DNA of 64,000 nt, taken from Lama guanicoe. Its lineage: Eukaryota. This document shows, in pieces, positions 12,840-24,029 of the stretch (position 1 is the first letter of the stretch; every line of letters starts with the position of its first letter). The position numbers and the translations under genes are program-made. The notes under the pieces were generated by a model. It made no database searches, was not told where the DNA came from, and saw nothing but the letters and a program-made list of their open reading frames with translations. The stretch covers positions 1,265,988 through 1,329,987 of the forward strand of contig MU053588.1 in assembly GCA_013239625.1 (NCBI GenBank), written 5' to 3'.

Positions 12840-13700
12840 GCTTCCCAAGGTTCCCAGACGGAAGGAAGCCCCGGACACAACCCTCCAGGGACACAGCTCC
12901 GGACTTTCCCGGACTCAGGACGCAATCCGCTGTGAGCTGCTGGCACCCAGCCACTCGCCGGGCTCCGTCTACAGCTGGGAACCACCGCCGCTACGAGCGC
13001 CTCGCCGAGGGTGCGGAGCCGGGGAACTCTCTCGTAGCCTCGGCTCCTCTCCCCGCCTAACGCGCCATTCAGGGGCGACCGGGCGACCCCCCTGAAACAA
13101 GAAAATCCCCAGCCCCTGGCATTCGGGGGTGCCTGGGCGTCTGTTTGTAGCCCCGCTCGCCCTTCCCCCCTGGAACCCCTCTGACAGGGCCAGGGTCTCC
13201 CGGCCATCGGGTGAGCACAGGTGGAAGAAACTCCGAACGGCCTTCTTGACAGCAGCTGGGCCCAAAGAGCTAGAGCCTTCGCGTCGAGGTTATTTCCACC
13301 GGGCAGCTGCCGCTGGAGTGCGCGTCTGCCCCGGGGCGCGAACTGGCGGGGCCTGCCCCAACTTGGGGACAGGTGGGAGGGAGGCGACGCCCCGACCCAC
13401 TTCCCAGAAACTCCCAGAGCTAACCGTCTGCAGCCTTGGGGAGGCCCAGATAGTGGGGGAAGGCGAGATGAAGGTAAAGGCAGTGCAGGAACCCTGAGAT
13501 TCACGCACCATCTCCGCGAAGCTGGGGTCTCCAAGGGACCTGTTTGGAGACCAACCAATTGGGAGGCGCCCCCTGCGGAGCGGGTGCCAAGGGAGGACTT
13601 GGCTTGGGCTTTTCCAAACTGCCTCAGGTCACCCGACCCCGTTACAACCTGGCTGCTTTGCCGAATGCTGCAGGAAGGCGAGCCAAAGCCCCACCCCTAC
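12840..13700. repeat. Diverged outer part of the left inverted-repeat arm (homologous to ~31750-32580, CpG-rich)
   Basis: Shared blocks with the reverse complement of 31750-32580, e.g. CCAAACAGGTCCCTTGGAGACCCCAGC, GCTGTAGA(C/T)GGAGCC and AAAGTCCGGAGC, separated by many mismatches and indels. Confidence 0.8.
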
Positions 13701-13887
13701 TAGATCGCGACCCTCCTGTGGCCTCCCGAGACAGAAATGGCCCAGAGAGATCCACGCCCGGATCCCGCCCCGCTGCGGAATCGCTGTGTGACTCTTAGTC
13801 AGTGTCTTAACTGCTTTGAACCTACTTTCCTCATCCATATGAAGGAGCCACAGACACACACGAGGCGCACAGATAAGCGGCTAAGAC

Positions 13888-13893
13888 TTTATT
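13888..13893 (-). terminator. Polyadenylation signal AATAAA of the minus-strand LGALS7
   Basis: TTTATT on the plus strand, 50 nt downstream of the stop codon. Confidence 0.8.
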
Positions 13894-13943
13894 TGCCATC
13901 CAAGACCCCTGCGCCCCACCCCCACCCGCGCTCCTGGAAGGGC

Positions 13944-16260
13944 TCAGAAGATCTTCACCAGCTCCAGCTGCAGGTCCCCGCCCACCTCCAACGCGCGCAC
14001 GCGCGCCGGCGGGATGCGGTAGCGGAAGTGGTGGTATTCCGAGTCCCCGACCACAGCCTGCACAGGAGAGGGGACATGGCTTATGGGTCCCGAGGCCACT
14101 GCCAGGTTATTCCCAACTTGGACTCACGCTGCGTGACCTGGGCACCCACGGACCCCTTCGGTCCCCAGGCCCCATTGGGCAAATACTGTTCATCCTAACC
14201 CCTTGCCGTGAGGATTAAATGAGCTCATTGTTGACACGTGAGTGCTTTTTAAGCATTGGAGGTGGATGTTGTGACCACGATCCCTGCATTCACCACCTGA
14301 CTCCTGATGCGCAGATTGAAAGTGAAGAATAGCCTGTGTGATGAAGGGTCTGCAGCGACCATTCCCTGCTGAACCTTGTTTCTGGGTCCTGTCTCCCAAC
14401 CCATCCATGCTCCTGCTCCTGAGCCTCCACCACAGACTCAAGCAGACAGGCAATAGGGTCGGGGATGAAAGTCTGGGCCACGTCTCACTCCCCTCCTCCC
14501 TGACGCCCTCCCCTGACACCTACCCTTTGGTCACTTGGCTCTTGCTCTCTCGCCTTGCCACGGCCACACACCTGCCCTCAGGCACTAGTGCGCTTGCGCC
14601 AGAGATTAGTGCGCTTGCACCAGGGGAGGTGAGGGCCTGGGGACGCCCTGCCCAGCCTGGGCCGCACCTTTGCTCTCCACCTCGCCCCAAGGGCCTTCCT
14701 GGCCTTCCCAAGGGAAGAGACCTGGGTGCTGGCACCCACCCCTGTGGCAGAGACGCACCTTGAAGCCCTCTTCGGTGGCGATGAGGAGCACGTCGAAGGG
14801 CTGCCCACGCTGGAAGGGAATGCCCGAGCCCCGCTCCTCTTGGCCCCAGGCGCCGCGCTCCAGGGTGTTGAAGACCACGGTGGACTCATCCAGCCGAGGA
14901 TTGAAATGCAGGGCGGCCTCACCGCCCGGCTCCTCACTGCACAGCAGGTTTACATAGAACCTGGTAGGTGATGGGGGAAGAGGACGCCTTGGAAAGAGGT
15001 TCTGGACCAGCACACCAGGACTTAACCTTTTTCCAGAGCACGAACAAATTTACAGGGACCTGGACTGTCACACACACCAGTGAAGGACGGGTTGTAGACT
15101 GGAAGCCAGGGAGCCCAGATTCCAGGCCATCCAAAAACCGATTAGGGGCCTGCACACACATCTGCTAGGCGAGGGTGACTAAGCTGTGGCCTGGGTCCCC
15201 CTCATTTCCAGAGTCTGGAGTTGCCAAGGAATCAAGCTCCTGAAGACCAGGGTGCTCCCGATTCCCAAGGCATCCTCAGTTCCCAGAGGGCTAGGACGCA
15301 TACCAGGGACCCCAGTATGCCCAGGCAGCCTAGACTCCCAGAAATCCTGAAGATCCCGACCCAGGAAGTCATATGATTGATTGGCTAGGCTGCCATTTAC
15401 CCAGCCTCTGGCCTGCCCAGCATGTGCAAGAGGCCAGGGATCTCAGGGCACCTCCAATTCACAGGACAATTCCAGAATTCCTGAGAACTCAGACTGAAAC
15501 TCACAGGACTCTAGGTAGGAACCGTGGGTTCCTCTGGGACCTGCAATTTCTTAGAATAACGTCGACTCCAGGCACACAGTCGTGGGACAGGTAAGTGAGG
15601 ACATCAAATTCCAGGTCAGAAGTAACTCAGGGATTCCAAGACCCACGTGGGCAAAGTTAGCCTGGGGCCCTGTGTTCTGGGCTGGAAGAAGTGGGATCAG
15701 CTGAGCCTGGAGACCTCCCCCCACCCTCCCACACCGAGCCCGGGGCTCTCACCTGCCAGCCTTGTCCGGGACAACGCCACGAATTCTCAACACGGTACCG
15801 ACTCGGATGCCCTCGGGCAGAGAGGTCTTGTGGGGCACGTTCTGCAGCAACAGGGGTGTGGGGGCCAAGGTGAATCAGGGAGGCGGAGGAGAGACCCAGA
15901 TGGGTCAGCTCCAGGGGGAGAGTGACCGGGACCCAGACCAGCAGAATCCGAGAGAAGAAAGGGCACAGAGACAAAGGAATGAGAGCCAAGGAAGGGAAAG
16001 AGTTGGAGAGAGGAACACAAAGTCAACAGAAAAATGTCCTAAGAGCTAGAAGGCAAAAGGAAACCAGCCAAGGGGGAGATGGGAGCATGGGGACGGGTTG
16101 GGTCAACCCAGAAACCACAGCCCAGAACTCCATAGCACAGCCTAGCACCCACTTTCTCTGCTGAAACAGCCTGGTCCCCCCTCCCCGGGTCTGGGCAGCC
16201 TTGGGTCCACCCCCCACAAACATCCAGGGCCCCTGAAGCACTCACGAAGCTCCCTGCCAT
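13944..16260 (-). CDS. LGALS7: Galectin-7 (139 aa): join(16246..16260, 15753..15841, 14759..14960, 13944..14057)
   Basis: MAGSF|NVPHKTSLPEGIRVGTVLRIRGVVPDKAG|RFYVNLLCSEEPGGEAALHFNPRLDESTVVFNTLERGAWGQEERG...EGFK|AVVGDSEYHHFRYRIP...VKIF*. Galectin motif HxNPR..VxN..WGxEER is intact. GT-AG exons of 15/89/202/114 nt. Confidence 0.96.
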
Positions 16261-16914
16261 GGCTGGGACAGCGGGACGGGCCGGGTGGCGGCGCTGCCAG
16301 GGATGGCTGCTGGGGCCTTAAGCAAAAGCAGGGCGCGGCTGGCCCTGTTGACTCACCCTCACCCCTTTCCACACCCACCGCCCACACCTGGCACCGACCC
16401 TGGCCCTGGGGCCATGCTGGCCCCCCGCACCCTCTGTCTAAGGCCTCTGACACTCCGGCAGTCCCTGAGGATTCCCAGGTGTGCTGCCCTCCTCTTTTGA
16501 GCTAATAATGGTAGGAACAGTTCATAATAATAAAAATGTCAACAACGTAGGAGGCTCATGGAGCCCCCATCCTACCAGCCCTTCCTTCCTGCTGCCCGGT
16601 GGCGAGAAGACTCTCAGGCCCATCTCATCATGGAAAACTTGAGTCCCGCGAGGCTAAGCTGTGGGCTGGAACTCGGGACCCCTCTCTCTCCCAGGTTAGG
16701 ACCTGCTGCCCAGGGCTAAGGATGTGTCTCCACCAAAATTCCAGTTTATGCTTCTGAAATATAATAACCATGGCAACAGTGGTAATAATAGAAAAGGGAG
16801 CGCAGAGGGGCAGGCTAGTTTGCTGATGGTCAAGGCTGTGTGCCTGGTGCCTGGTGCAGTGCCCGGCCCACAGCAAGTGCTCAGTAAATATGGGTGAAGG
16901 AGGGAATCCAAAAT

Positions 16915-17075
16915 GACAATAGCTGCCTTTTACCAGCCTCTGGCCTGCCCGGCGTGTGCAAGAGAGCAGTGATCTCATACAGCCATTGAGGGAGAGGCAT
17001 CGATCACCCTTATTTGGACAGGTAGGAAACTGAGGCTCAGAAAGGAGAAGCAATTTGCCCCCAAAACACATCTGT
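16915..17075 (+). mobile_element. Degenerate MIR upstream of LGALS7 (mirrored at ~28398-28558)
   Basis: MIR core GGAAACTGAGGCTCAGAAAGG...AATTTGCCC. Confidence 0.65.
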
Positions 17076-19856
17076 GCGATACCATGGGGACCGTGGCTCT
17101 GGCTTCTTCATCTCTGGAAGTTCCTGTCTGCTTTTTTCTGTTTCTGTAAATGCCCTAGTCTGTCTCTCTGTCTCCTCCATCTCTGACTCTCTGTCCCATG
17201 AGTTCCTGCCTGTTTCTCTCCTTTATGTCTCCGTCTCTCCTTCCACCTCCCAGAACCTCCTTCCTCTGTCCCACCTGGTGTTCAGGACAAGGGGGTAGAG
17301 TGGAGGGGTGTCCTAGGACCCAACACCACCCAGACCAAGGAAGAGGGAAAAGTGGGACCCCCGCCAGGCCCATTTGCAGTCCCCATAGCCCAAGACTCCA
17401 GAAGAGGCATCCAGGTGTGAAGGGTGGGGCCCGACGGGGAACGCTGACAGGGGGTTCTGGAAAGCAGGGAACAGGGGAGGTGGGGGAGCTGGGCAGAGAC
17501 CCAGCCTACAGCCCACCTCTCCCTCTCCTCCTCCCCACCCCATTGGGGCCGCACCCGCAGAGGGAGAAGAGGCCGGGGGCAGAGCCAGGAATGGAAACTT
17601 TGGGTGGAGACAACCAGACTCAGACCTGATCCACCTCCCACAGCCTCTCAGGCTTCCCAGACTCCCTCCAGCCCCCTCGCCGCACAGTTGGTGCAGTTGG
17701 GGGAGGAAGCGCCTCAGAGAGGGAGGCTGGGCAGCTGCATTTGGGTGGGGGCCGCGGGCGCCCCCATTTTGCAGAGGAGAAAACAGGCTGAGAGAGGGCC
17801 AGTCTCTCAGCCAAGGCCTCCCAGCAAGGAAGGGACCAGGGCCCGGGCTGGAGCCCCCTCTGTGTGCCAAGGGCACCTCCTGGGGATTTTAAGTAGAGGG
17901 GACAGCGGGGTTTGAGGTCCTAACTCCAACAACTCGGGTGGAGAGTTTCCCGGAGCAGGGGGCTCTGGTACTCTGATCAGGAAGGGTGCCTTCGCCAGCC
18001 TCATTCCGCGTGTCCCTGCTGCGCCCGGGAGCCCATCTCTTCCCTGATCTCCTCATTGTGCCCGGATAGTTCTTCACATGCTGCCAACCTGCAAGTCCAG
18101 ACTTGACTTTCGGGTCTGGTGAAATGATTGCATCAATCTGTTATCAGTTTGATTGCGGGTTCATTTCTCATAACTCCGGTGTGAGCATCCTGGATGGATT
18201 CTTATTCGGTTGAGTTGATTATCTTCTATCAGTTCTTGAGTAATGTCTTCAGGTCTTTTTTTTTTTTTTTTCATTTCCAAGTAAGTGGTGTTTGTACTTG
18301 TTTCCCACTATGTTTTGGCTTTCTCCAGCTGTCTGTCCTATTCGTGACTCGTCCAGATTTTAACAGAATACTTCTCCAAGTCTTGACAATAGACAGGCCA
18401 GGGCAACCACCACCCCCATCAAGTTCCTCCCAGGCCCCTGAAACAGCCAGCCCCCCTCCACCTGCCCCAGGACACGCGGTCACTCCTCAGCGTTTAAGAG
18501 CCACCACGTTCATTTGCCATGCAAACAAGGGAGAGGGGTGGGCAGCGGGCTACGTTTGCTGCCCTTCCCCCTCGTTCAGAAGCAGTGAGGGCGAGAAGTA
18601 CTGAGCTCCCCCTCGGTGGGTGTGGGAGTGGAAAATCGCAGGCTCTGTCAGTGTCAGCTTCGTGGTGACCTTGGGCTGGTTTTCATATGCAGTGAGACAA
18701 TTCAGGGGCTGCTTTGGTTTTGCAAATTAAGTTACAAATGAGGAAAATGACACGTCTGAAAATCTGACTTTTTCTTAAGTTTTGAAGTCCATGGAAAACC
18801 CTCAGTTCTAGTTATAAATACAGTAAATTGTACCAATCCAGTCACTTGTTAAGGGGAGCATTTTCTGTCATAGTTGGTTCCCAACGGAGTTCATTAAGCT
18901 CCCTTAAATATTGTCACCTGAAGGTGGGATTTGGGCATGTGTGAAGTTTTGTCTAGTAGACTGTCCAGGCCCTAAGTCATCTTGTACGTTTCCATCTTGG
19001 ATTGTGGACACACTGACTTGCTCTTTCTCTTCTTCCTTCCTGCCTTTCCTTCCTGTGCTGAGCAGTTGGGTCCTGCAGCCAGTAGGCAGGTGATTAAGTG
19101 CTGCCCGTGGGGGTGGGGAGGTCATGGGGTGGGGGAGGGGCTGAGCGGGCAGAGGAGGCTCTGCTCCCCCAGGGCTGGGTCAGCTGGGGTGTCAGAGGGA
19201 GCCGGTGAGGAGGGTGCTCAGCTGAGACTGGCCCTCAGGCCTCGGGTAAGGAGAACAGGGGGACAATGGGGAGCCCAGCCCCCACATGGGAGGAGGCGTC
19301 TGTGGAGGGGTGAGGGTCACCGAGAGGTGCTGGAGCGTATTGGGGCGAGGACGGTATCCCCTGGGGGAGGAAACTGGGTGTGGGTGTCAGGGATGGAAGG
19401 GAGTCCAGTGCCCCTCTCCCACTCTCAGTGGAGGGAGGTATAGATGTGGAAAAAAAACATGGACTGTGAGCCTGTGATGTTGCCCGGGAATTGGAGGTGT
19501 CACATGAACAAATGATTTCACGATCAAATTTATATTAATGGTTTAGGTGTTTTGTATTGTGGTTATAAAGGAGAATGAAGCCTCAAAAATGCACACTGAT
19601 GTATGTAGGGTGAAGTGGCTTGCCTTCCAATGGTTCACGGAGAGAAACAGCAGATGTTGCAACATGTGAACACACCTGAGAGCCTGGGTGAATCCTTGCA
19701 GGGCTTCGGTACTATTGTGCTAACTTTTCTAGAGGTGTGAAAATTTTCAACATTTTCAAATAGTTGGCAGAAGAAATCAAACATGAGGTCTGATTTTACA
19801 GATTCAGGACTTCTGCCGTCCCCAAGGGAGCACCCTCTTCAATATCCCCACCCCCC

Positions 19857-19980
19857 GGGGCAGGGTATAGCTCAGTGGTAGAGTCCGTGCTTAGCATGCA
19901 TAATGTCCTGTACAAGGTCCCCAGTACCTCCGTTAAAAAAAATTAAAATAAATAAATACGTAAATAAATCTAATTACCCC
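19857..19980 (+). mobile_element. tRNA-derived SINE (Vic-1-like)
   Basis: GGGGCAGGGTATAGCTCAGTGGTAGAG...CTTAGCATGC...CCCCAGTACCTCC plus tail. Confidence 0.85.
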
Positions 19981-20569
19981 TGAAAAGCAATCAAACAAGA
20001 AAACCATTCCCACCCCCATATGGGCAGTGGAGACAAGAATGAACCTCCCTGGCTATTTTCACATGGTTGGAGGGTACAGAGTGGATCTTGGAGGAGGGGT
20101 GGCTGCTGGGCCTCCAAGGGAACCAACCAGGTGTAACCATCCACAGCCTCCAGTCTCCTGATCTCGGGGTTTTCATCTCTGGTTAATTGTTGGCAGAAAG
20201 CAGAATTTGAATGGACCAGGAAGAATACAGGATTGGTAAAAAATTGGTCTGGAGCCCTGTGTGCCCCAGGGCAGTGAGCAGGTTGATTGCAGCCTGATCT
20301 TCTTGCCCTCAGCTTGGTTCTGTCTGTCTTGTAACAGGAGTTTTTCAGTCTGTGGAGTGGGAATGCAAGGCCTCTTGAAGAAGACTCTGTGCTTTCCTGG
20401 GAAAGCATGACAGTTCTGGTGAATCAGCCCCACAAGGTTGTGTAACACGTGTGTCCAGAGCTGAAAAGCTGGTGGCTGTTTTGAAGAATCAAGAATTATT
20501 ATATTATTAAACTTTGGTAAAATTTTCTAACTTAAAGCCTTCCTATCTGGACAAAGACAATAAAATGCT

Positions 20570-20697
20570 AGAAAGAAAGAAAGAAAGGATGGATGGAAGG
20601 AGAGAGGGAAGGAAGGATGAAAGGAAGAAAGAAGGGAAAGAAAGGAAAGGAAGAAAGGAAAGGAAGGAAGGAAAGGAAGGAAGGAAGGACGGACGGA
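20570..20697 (+). repeat. (GGAA/GAAA)n purine-rich simple repeat
   Basis: Directly visible. Confidence 0.9.
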
Positions 20698-20906
20698 CCT
20701 CCCTGGAGGCAGAATCAGAACCAGATTTTCATGTCCCGTGCACTTGATCTTTGCTATGGGCCAGTATCTGCTGAGTGTTTCCATGTTTCCCCTTTTCTGA
20801 ATAAGTTTATTGGGTGTCCTGGGCCAGCCATGGCTGGGCCCCAGTGAAGAGGACTATGTCTTCCTCCAAAATCCTGGACTCTGGGCTGTACACAGTAAGC
20901 AGATGG

Positions 20907-21410
20907 TGTTGAGTCCAAACTTGTTCTGCTCACTGCATGACAGGCCAAATAATTCGGAGATGAGGTGTTGGGGCAAGGAATAGCTATTTTATTCAGAATG
21001 CCGGCAGACTGAAAAGACGGCGGACTAATTTCCTGGAGAACCATGGATTCCCCAAGTCAGAATTCAGGTTCCTATTATACTAAAAGGGGTATGCTTGGTT
21101 GTTGTAAGCTTCTTAGTGTTGGAATCCTTTGTTCTTGCAGCTGTCCACAGGGGTCAGATCATGATGTCCCTGTAAACCTCCAACAAAACAAACATTATTT
21201 TCTATTATTCACTGTTATGTTTATATGAATGGAAAAGTGTTAATATCCTTAACAGTGAGAGCCTTGAGAATGGGCTGTCCTCTATATTTCAGGCAACATT
21301 CTTTTACAAAAGGTGCAGAACCAGCAAGACTAAGCCTAGGAAGCAGAGCACAGGGTTAAAGTCAGCAAAACGGATCTAATATGGAGTCAGATTTGTTCTT
21401 TCCCTTTACA
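20907..21410 (-). mobile_element. ERV1-class solo LTR with 4-bp TSD (ATGG)
   Basis: TGTT...TACA termini flanked by ATGG at 20903-20906 and 21411-21414. TTTATT (minus-strand AATAAA) near 20988. Confidence 0.75.
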
Positions 21411-22119
21411 ATGGGAGCTTAAGGCTGTCTCCATTGGAAGACAAGGTGAGTGCAGTCCAGGCGGGGAAGAAGAGTATATTTAAATATTATTGTAGCCAAA
21501 GGGATGGAGTAACAGGGAGCACTGGCTGACCATCCAATACACACTTACCTCTTTCTTTCTTAATCAAAGGCTCCTGACTCAGTCCCAGATGGCACTGTGG
21601 CTATTGCATTTCCCAGGATTCGAATTGCTTTTGTGGTGAAACAAATTACCCCAAAGCTTTGCAGGTGAAGACGGCCTTTGTGTGTATGTGGGTGTGCGTG
21701 TGTGTGCGCGCGCACTCATGGCTTCTGTGGTCAAGAATTTGGATGGAGCACAGTGGGAACATCTGGTCTTTGTTCCATGATGTCTGGGAAAGCTCTGGCC
21801 TAGGGACTGGGCTCATCTGGGGGACCTGCACGTGGCTTCCCTAGGAAGCCTGGGTGTCCTCAGAGTAGCTGGACTTCTTCCAGGGCAGCTCAGGGCTCCG
21901 AAAGCAAAGGCCCCTTCAGCTCACTAGGTGAAAGCTGCCTCATCCTTTCCCTTCTAGTCTGGGGAGTCGTGCCGAATTCCTTGACGCCACATTCTATTTG
22001 TTATGAAGGACTGAGGGCTCCACCTCGCCCTCCTCATGGTAGTAGGAGTGCCAAAGAATTGGTGGCTGTATTTTATTTATTTTATTTTTATTATTGGTGG
22101 ATGTATTTATTGACTTTTC

Positions 22120-22404
22120 TTTTTTTAATTTTTAATTTTTTAATTTTTATTTTTAGGTGAGGGGGAGGTAATTAGGTTTACTTATTTATTTTAATGGAGG
22201 TACTAGGGATTGAACCCAGGACCTCATGCATGCTAAGCAGGCACTCTACCACTGAGCTATACCTTCCCCCACTTACTGACTTTTCTTTTTTTTAATTTTT
22301 TTATATTTTATTTTAATTTTTTTCCCCTGGGGCACTGAGGCTTGAACCCAGGACCTCATGCATGCCAAGCACGCAGCCTACCACTGAGCTGTATCTCTAC
22401 CCCC
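22120..22404 (-). mobile_element. Two adjacent tRNA-derived SINEs (Vic-1-like; ~22120-22270 and ~22280-22404)
   Basis: Two copies of TTGAACCCAGGACCTCATGCATGC...TACCACTGAGCT. Confidence 0.85.
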
Positions 22405-24029
22405 ACTGGATGTATTTTAAAACGTCCACATCCACCCTTCTTTGCAACCGCAGGCAGCCAGGGGCGTGGAAGTGGATATTCTATGTGGGGCTTCTGGAAA
22501 GTTCTTTGCAGGAAACTGACCCAGCAGAGGAAGTGCCATTTGACCCTCCACCGTACTCATCCTTCCTGTCTGGAACATCCTATGATCAGAAATTTTGGTC
22601 AGGAAGTAAAACCTGAACCTGTACCTGCAGTCATCAGAACAGTGTCCCTCATGACCCAGAGGTTGTGCTGAGCCAAACTTTTTCGCTCCAGTTTTAATAT
22701 GGCCCAAAATATACATGCATAACGTTTTTTAAACACACCATTTTACAAAGCTTATGGTGAAAAACAGTCGCTTTCTCCCCACCCCACCTCCTCCTGCGCC
22801 TTCCCTTTGCAGCTGTAAATCATCTACTTATTGCTACTTCTGGGTTTTTCTGTTTGGGTCATTACCTGTTGTTGACTCCCAGGAAAGAGGAAGAGGATGT
22901 AGCTTTCTTTCATTTCTTCACCTCCTCCCTCCCGCTTACTGTTTAACTGACAGAGTTATAAAGTCATTTTGGTTACATCAATGTTCAGTGTTTCCACCCC
23001 TGTGACTACGTTCACATCTTTCTCCACCCAGCCACAGGGTCTATCTGTGAAGGGTTCTCCTTTCTCACACAACTTTATCTTTTCCCTGGAGTGAATCATC
23101 ATCCTGTTTTGTGTTTGTTTAGTTTTCTTGATGAGTCTTATGAATTGGAATCCTGAGTTATCTATCCCTTGATGAAATCTCCCAATACATTCAGATGCAT
23201 CCAGCCTACTGTCAGTTTCATTTTCTTGGAGATTTGGCCTCCTAGCTGTTCTTTATGCACACCCTCCCTTTCCTGCCCAGTGGTTGAAGCCCTCGGGTAG
23301 CTGCCACCATGCACCACCGTCACCTCTCAGCCTCCCTTTAGCACCTGGTGCCATGGATTCCTGAGTGTGTTTGGGGATCTGAATTCAGTGAGTTTCCTCT
23401 ATACTCTGAGATCATTTTTTGGTTCTGCATTTCCTGACTACATGATCTGAAGACTCTTTTCTCTTTATGTCAGTAAAACAGGAACACAGTAGTCTATTAG
23501 ATTAGATTAGATTAGATTAGAATGAGTAACTAAAGGGTGAATGTTAATAAAGTGCCTAGAGCATTTTCATGGGAGTGGCTACTGTTAGTGGGTTTTAGGG
23601 AAGGGAATGACATTACAGGCTACTGCTTCTTAACACATTACTCCCAACCTAGAAGCTGAAAATAAACATTTTATTTTGCTCCGAGATCCTATAGATTAGG
23701 AATTCAAATAGGGTGTGGTTGTGGCGGGGGTGGGGGGGTTTGTTTCTGCTTCTCAGTGTCTGGGAAGACCTCAGCTGGGAAGACTCAATGGTTGGGGGTG
23801 ATGTAAACGCCTGAGTCTAGATCATCTGGAGGCTTATCCCCTCAGGAGTCCATCTGCAAGTCAGTGCTGGCAGCTGGCTGGGATCTCAGCCGTGTGGACC
23901 TGTGGACAGGAGCACTCTCCACATGGCTTCGGCTTCTTCACAATATTGCCGCTTCAGGGTACCCAGACTGCTCCCGTGGCGGCTCAGGGCTCACAGGGCA
24001 GCAGCCTCTTCTGACACAGTATCACTTCT

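Larger units (their letters stand above)
13700..19241. repeat. Left arm of a ~5.5-kb near-identical inverted segmental duplication containing LGALS7 and ~3 kb upstream
   Basis: Mirror of ~26232-31750. Paired coordinates sum to 45473, or 45452 beyond a 21-bp indel. ORF-track translations in all frames are near-identical. Confidence 0.97.

Noticed and set aside
12773..13558. 261-aa minus-strand ORF downstream of LGALS7
   Set aside because: GC-rich sequence with non-ATG start and no recognisable domain. The frame is not preserved in the homologous right rim.
17313..17876. 187-aa ORF duplicated at 27597..28160, and other paired ORFs in the arms
   Set aside because: Their identity simply reflects the inverted duplication. 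Low-complexity G/P/L composition and no protein family signal.
18194..18604. 136-aa ATG ORF (mirror 26869..27279) divergent from LGALS7
   Set aside because: The frame depends on a poly-T run, and no homology is recognisable. A small noncoding or ancient-repeat origin cannot be excluded but is unsupported.
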